The notes beneath the pieces were generated by a model. The model had not been told where the DNA came from. It did no database searches and worked only from the letters and a program-made list of their open reading frames with translations. The position numbers and the translations under genes were made by a program. From an uncultured bacterium (lineage in GTDB: Bacteria; Hydrogenedentota; Hydrogenedentia; Hydrogenedentales; JAEUWI01): a stretch of DNA of 10,288 nt. Shown here in pieces: positions 6,658-10,288 of this stretch. The stretch is taken from NCBI GenBank assembly GCA_963977445.1, contig CAXBPH010000249.1:1-10288 (forward strand), read 5' to 3'. Every line of letters starts with the position of its first letter. Within the stretch, counting starts at the first letter, position 1.

Positions 6658-7745
6658 ATGTCTATTCGATTGGGTGAGTACATCATCTATGGTGAGCTCT
6701 TCAACAAAAGCAGTTACAGCACCCATGGGTTTCTGGCGTTGCGCGGTGAGGATGATGATGGGGAAGATGATATGTATTTGCGCTTTGAGCTTACGGGGAA
6801 CTGTAATGCTGACCTCCGAGGAAAGCATATTCGCTTTGAACCCGCTGAGGACGACGGCACTCAGAAGGTGATGCCACGAGAAGAGTTTCGCCGACTGAGC
6901 TCTTTTCAGAATGGTCCCACGGGAACGATGACCAATCAGGGGTGGGTACGGGCGCTGCCCTGCTCGGTCGACGAGTTCGTAAAACGCTCATCCCTCGGAG
7001 AGCCCCCACCCACGGAATGGCGCAATCACTTCTTGCTGGAATGGTTTGGTCAGAATGGGCGGGTTACGGTGGAGATAGCCGGAGCCCTGGTCGAGTATTG
7101 TGTTCGCGAAGGGGACGACGATAACGAAGACGACGAAGGGGACTGGGAGCCGGTGTTGAACCTGGCACTTCCGCCCGATTTCGATGACCCAAGCCCGACA
7201 GCGGCCCTGCAATAACGCGGTTGGAGAATGTGGGGGACTTCATCGAAATTGAAGAATTGAGCCCCTCCTTGGGGGAAGACGAATTTGACGAAGGGGATGA
7301 GTTACAGTCCGCGCTCGATGCCGAGTCCAATCGAATCGAGCGGGCGATCCGGGGGGATGGGGAGGAGGACTTCGAAGGGGAGCGGGTCCTCCACGAAATG
7401 AAGCGGATGGACTACTGCCTGGAACACGAAGAAGAAACGCCTCTTTCGGCCTTTATCGGGGACTACAATCAAATACCCGATCCCGAATCGCTGAATGACA
7501 AAGAGATTGAGATAGAGCTCAAATCTCTCCTTGCACGATTGGTGATGTATGGCGTTGTATTGGACGTTTGTGAACATTTTAGCCCCCGTGAATGCCTTCG
7601 TCTGCTGCTGAACGAGATTATTCCGGATGAAGGGGCCTACGCATCATTGGTCCGCACGGGATGGGCCCAGCACTTTTGCACCTGGGAATATTGTACGGCA
7701 TGTGAAGAAGAACTGGAAAAAGAATTCAACGAAATGAAAGAATGA
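6658..7745 (+). pseudogene. Acidic hypothetical protein, probably one ~362-aa gene split by a 1-nt deletion (ORFs 6658..7215 and 7221..7745); either a true pseudogene or an assembly error
   Basis: The first ORF has a strong AAGGAG RBS. The second begins at a TTG with no RBS, and its frame is open back to 7188, overlapping the first. Adding one base near GAC CCA AGC gives ..DFDD-PKPDSGPAITRLENVGDF.. (1088+1 nt = 363 codons). Both parts are very D/E-rich. Confidence 0.65.
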
Positions 7746-7854
7746 CGGTCTGGTACGAAGTCCGTAGCAGGAACATCGAGAGAGCTTGGTGCTCCGACTT
7801 CGTGATGGGGTCTGCGCGGTAGTGACCAAAACGGACCATCGTACTATAACCGTC
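7744..7854. other. Nested imperfect inverted repeat (candidate structured RNA or degenerate palindromic element)
   Basis: GACGGT-c-TGGTACGA-a-GTCCGT (7744-7765) pairs with ACGGAC-ca-TCGTACTA-ta-ACCGTC (7831-7854), giving 20 bp including one G-U. Inner stems are GCAG/CTGC, CATC/GATG and GAGC-TTGGT-GCTC. Confidence 0.55.
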
Positions 7855-7898
7855 CATGAGGCAACCTTTCGCCCGTGGTATAGAAGGCGCAGGCGCAC

Positions 7899-9560
7899 GT
7901 GTTCGAAGGCAAGTTGGGTTCCATGCCTGTGGTGAAGGGGGTTCTAATTCACGTCGCGAGAATTTTCCTTCCGTCGATGGTGTTGTTTTTCGGACTGGGT
8001 TTTGTGGCGAGTCCAGTTATGGCGCGCTCGGAACTACGGGGCACGTCGCATGATTCGGCGTTGGTCGCTGTCGCAAAAAACGAATACCATGGCACCGAGA
8101 CGGCGCAATATCTTGCGCAGGCGGAGCGCCGAGAGGCTCATGGGGGTGATTCGCCGGTGATGCCGCTGCACACCGGGAGCGCTTATGGCTTACCTGGAAT
8201 GTTGATAGGCTGTATCGCGTTGATGGTTGTCCCACTGCTCGGCATTTGCGTCTACTTGCTGGTGCGCAGCCGCCATTCCAATGCTTCCTCAATGGAAAAC
8301 GATGTCTTCCACGCCGAATTGCTGAATGCTATGCCGAGTCCCGTTTTTATCTATCGGCGCACCGGCGAATTCGTCGGGGCAAATCAGGCATTTACCACAC
8401 TCATGTGCGTGTCGGGGATGGACGATATCATTAACAGGCGTCCGGCCGAAATCAGTGGGCGCGCCGCAGAGGACCTTGCCAATCTTATGACGCGGACGTC
8501 TGAGTCACTTGCGCTGGTCGGTGGGAAATCTTTCGACGAGGTGAGAATTCGAACATCCGCCGTTACTACACGTCCCTATTTCGTTTCACAGGCCACCTTC
8601 GGTGATACGTCGGGGGGAGACCTCGCTACGGTCGGTGTTATGACCGATATCAGCAAGCAAAAGGTTACGGAGCAGGAACTGAAGCGATTTCGCACCGCCC
8701 TTGACGATTCTACCGATGCCGTGGTTATTACGGATAGCTCAGGTAAGCTGGAATATGTCAATGCGGTGTTTGGTTATTGGTTTGGATTTACATCGGAGCA
8801 ATTGGATGCGATTGAGCTTGATGCAATCTACGGCGGCAATGGGGTATTTGCGTCCTACTTTGACAAAATTATGGAAGGTGAACCGGTAACGGGTGAATTG
8901 AGGCTCACCACCTACTATGCGAAGGAGATATCGGTTTCCGTCCGAGGAAGCGCAATTTTCGATGACGAATTCGAGATTATCGGTGCCCTGTTTCTTCATA
9001 CGGATATTACGGAGCAGAAGCGAATGGAAGCCGAGCTGGAGCAACTGTCTCTGATAGACGGATTGACGGGCATCCACAATCGCCGTGCCTTTGACAAGCG
9101 TCTTGCCCAGGAATGGCGTCGTTCGCGTCGTGATGGCGAAGTGCTTTTTTTGATTATATTGGACATTGATGCGTTCAAGCTCTATAACGATCACTATGGG
9201 CACCAGGCCGGGGATAGTTGTCTGAAGGCGGTGGCCACGGGCATCAAAGAGACTTTTCGGCGGCCACGTGATTTTGTGGCTCGTTATGGTGGTGAGGAGT
9301 TCGCGATCATTATGTCGGGCATTGATGAGCCCGCTGCCCGCGCCCAGGCCGAACGACTGCGCGGCCATATCGAGTCGCTGGCGCTGCCCCATGAAGAATC
9401 TCCGACGGGTTCCTTCGTGACGGCCAGCATGGGGTTGGCGGCAACGTCATCGGAAAATGAACTGTCCGTTGAGGAATTGATCGGTGCCGCCGATCAAGCC
9501 CTCTATCGGGCAAAAGAGCGTGGAAGAAACCGCGTATGCCGGGATGGCGAGTCAGATTGA
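7899..9560 (+). CDS. Membrane-anchored diguanylate cyclase (signal/TM - short loop - TM - PAS - PAS - GGDEF)
   Basis: GGDEF domain with DGLTGIHNRRAF, ILDIDAFKLYNDHYGHQAGD, ARYGGEEF and ADQALYRAKERGRN; I-site RPRD. Two PAS/PAC units (LLNAMPSPVFIY..ANQAF..TDISKQK; ALDDSTDAVVITDSSGKLEYVN..TDITEQK) and two hydrophobic N-terminal segments. Start is uncertain (GTG 7899 or ATG 7923). Confidence 0.93.
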   Translation: MFEGKLGSMPVVKGVLIHVARIFLPSMVLFFGLGFVASPVMARSELRGTSHDSALVAVAKNEYHGTETAQYLAQAERREAHGGDSPVMPLHTGSAYGLPGMLIGCIALMVVPLLGICVYLLVRSRHSNASSMENDVFHAELLNAMPSPVFIYRRTGEFVGANQAFTTLMCVSGMDDIINRRPAEISGRAAEDLANLMTRTSESLALVGGKSFDEVRIRTSAVTTRPYFVSQATFGDTSGGDLATVGVMTDISKQKVTEQELKRFRTALDDSTDAVVITDSSGKLEYVNAVFGYWFGFTSEQLDAIELDAIYGGNGVFASYFDKIMEGEPVTGELRLTTYYAKEISVSVRGSAIFDDEFEIIGALFLHTDITEQKRMEAELEQLSLIDGLTGIHNRRAFDKRLAQEWRRSRRDGEVLFLIILDIDAFKLYNDHYGHQAGDSCLKAVATGIKETFRRPRDFVARYGGEEFAIIMSGIDEPAARAQAERLRGHIESLALPHEESPTGSFVTASMGLAATSSENELSVEELIGAADQALYRAKERGRNRVCRDGESD

Positions 9561-9601
9561 GTTTTTGCAGACACGATGCATTAAACGTTGGAGTGTATAC
9601 A

Positions 9602-10288
9602 TTGAAACGTGAACTTGTTACGAAGTGGGTTGTTGTGGGATTGCTGTTGCTGGGGAGTGTGATCCATGCTCCCGTTTCTGTCGCCGCGCCGCCCAACGTG
9701 TTGTTTATATTCGCCGACCAGTGGCGTGCACAGGCTACGGGCTATGCCGGGGACCCCAATCTTCAAGGCAAGACACCTAATCTGGACCACCTCGCCGCGG
9801 AAGGGGTGAACTTCACCCATGCCGTGTCGGGTATGCCGGTGTGTACGCCCTATCGGGCGAGTTTGTTGACTGGACAGTATCCCCAGACCCATGGGCTGTT
9901 TCTCAATGATGTCCAATTGCCCGATGAGGCGCTGACGGTTGCCGAAGTATACCGAGCGGCGGGTTACGGGACGGGGTTCATCGGAAAATGGCACCTCGAT
10001 GGTCATGGCCGACGTTTGCCGATTCCCGAGGCGCGCCACCAGGGTTTTGCGTACTGGAAAGTCCTGGAATGCACCCACGACTACAACAATTCCTACTACT
10101 ATGAAGATGGCAACCCGACGCCCAAAAACTGGGGTGCCTATGACGCTTTTGCGCAGACGGCTGACGCCCAGGAATATATGCGCGGGCAGGTGGGTGCGGA
10201 GAAGCCTTTTGCACTGTTTTTGGCCTGGGGGCCGCCTCACAATCCCTACCAGACGGCCCCGGCGGAATTTCAGGCCATGTTCGACGCG
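9602..10288 (+). CDS. Secreted Cys-type (formylglycine-dependent, S1) sulfatase, 5' partial, running off the window end
   Basis: Manual translation from TTG 9602 (GGAG at 9590-9593): MKRELVTKWVVVGLLLLGSVIHAPVSVA|APPNVLFIFADQWR..TPNLDHLAAEG..CTPYRASLLTGQYP (CxPxR at 9842-9856)..GYGTGFIGKWHL..PFALFLAWGPPHNPY. The frame is open for 229 codons to the window edge. Confidence 0.95.
   Translation, partial: MKRELVTKWVVVGLLLLGSVIHAPVSVAAPPNVLFIFADQWRAQATGYAGDPNLQGKTPNLDHLAAEGVNFTHAVSGMPVCTPYRASLLTGQYPQTHGLFLNDVQLPDEALTVAEVYRAAGYGTGFIGKWHLDGHGRRLPIPEARHQGFAYWKVLECTHDYNNSYYYEDGNPTPKNWGAYDAFAQTADAQEYMRGQVGAEKPFALFLAWGPPHNPYQTAPAEFQAMFDA

Noticed and set aside
8739..9392. 217-aa - strand ORF
   Set aside because: Antisense shadow of the diguanylate cyclase.
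9581..10240. 219-aa - strand ORF
   Set aside because: Antisense to the motif-supported sulfatase on the + strand.

Overview
Bacterial genomic DNA, fairly GC-rich, from an apparent polysaccharide degrader. The gene content is reminiscent of PVC/Hydrogenedentota-type organisms, but that is inference only. In order the window holds: short REP-like repeats; a secreted CE7-like acetyl esterase (-); a divergently transcribed hypothetical protein built from two internal copies of one domain (+); an LdhA-like D-2-hydroxyacid dehydrogenase (-); a secreted GH141-like parallel beta-helix protein (+); a ~710-bp intergenic region with two near-identical ~110-bp hairpin-rich repeats and an orphan ISAs1-like terminus; an acidic hypothetical gene with a Cys/His-rich tail that appears split by a 1-nt frameshift (+); a 111-nt nested inverted repeat; a membrane-anchored PAS-PAS-GGDEF diguanylate cyclase (+); and the 5' part of a secreted Cys-type sulfatase that the ORF track misses (+). 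I see no CRISPR array, tRNA/rRNA or intact transposase, and I cannot support a complete novel multi-gene system. The best leads are the structured element ahead of the diguanylate cyclase, the tandem-domain protein, the frameshifted gene and the two repeat families.
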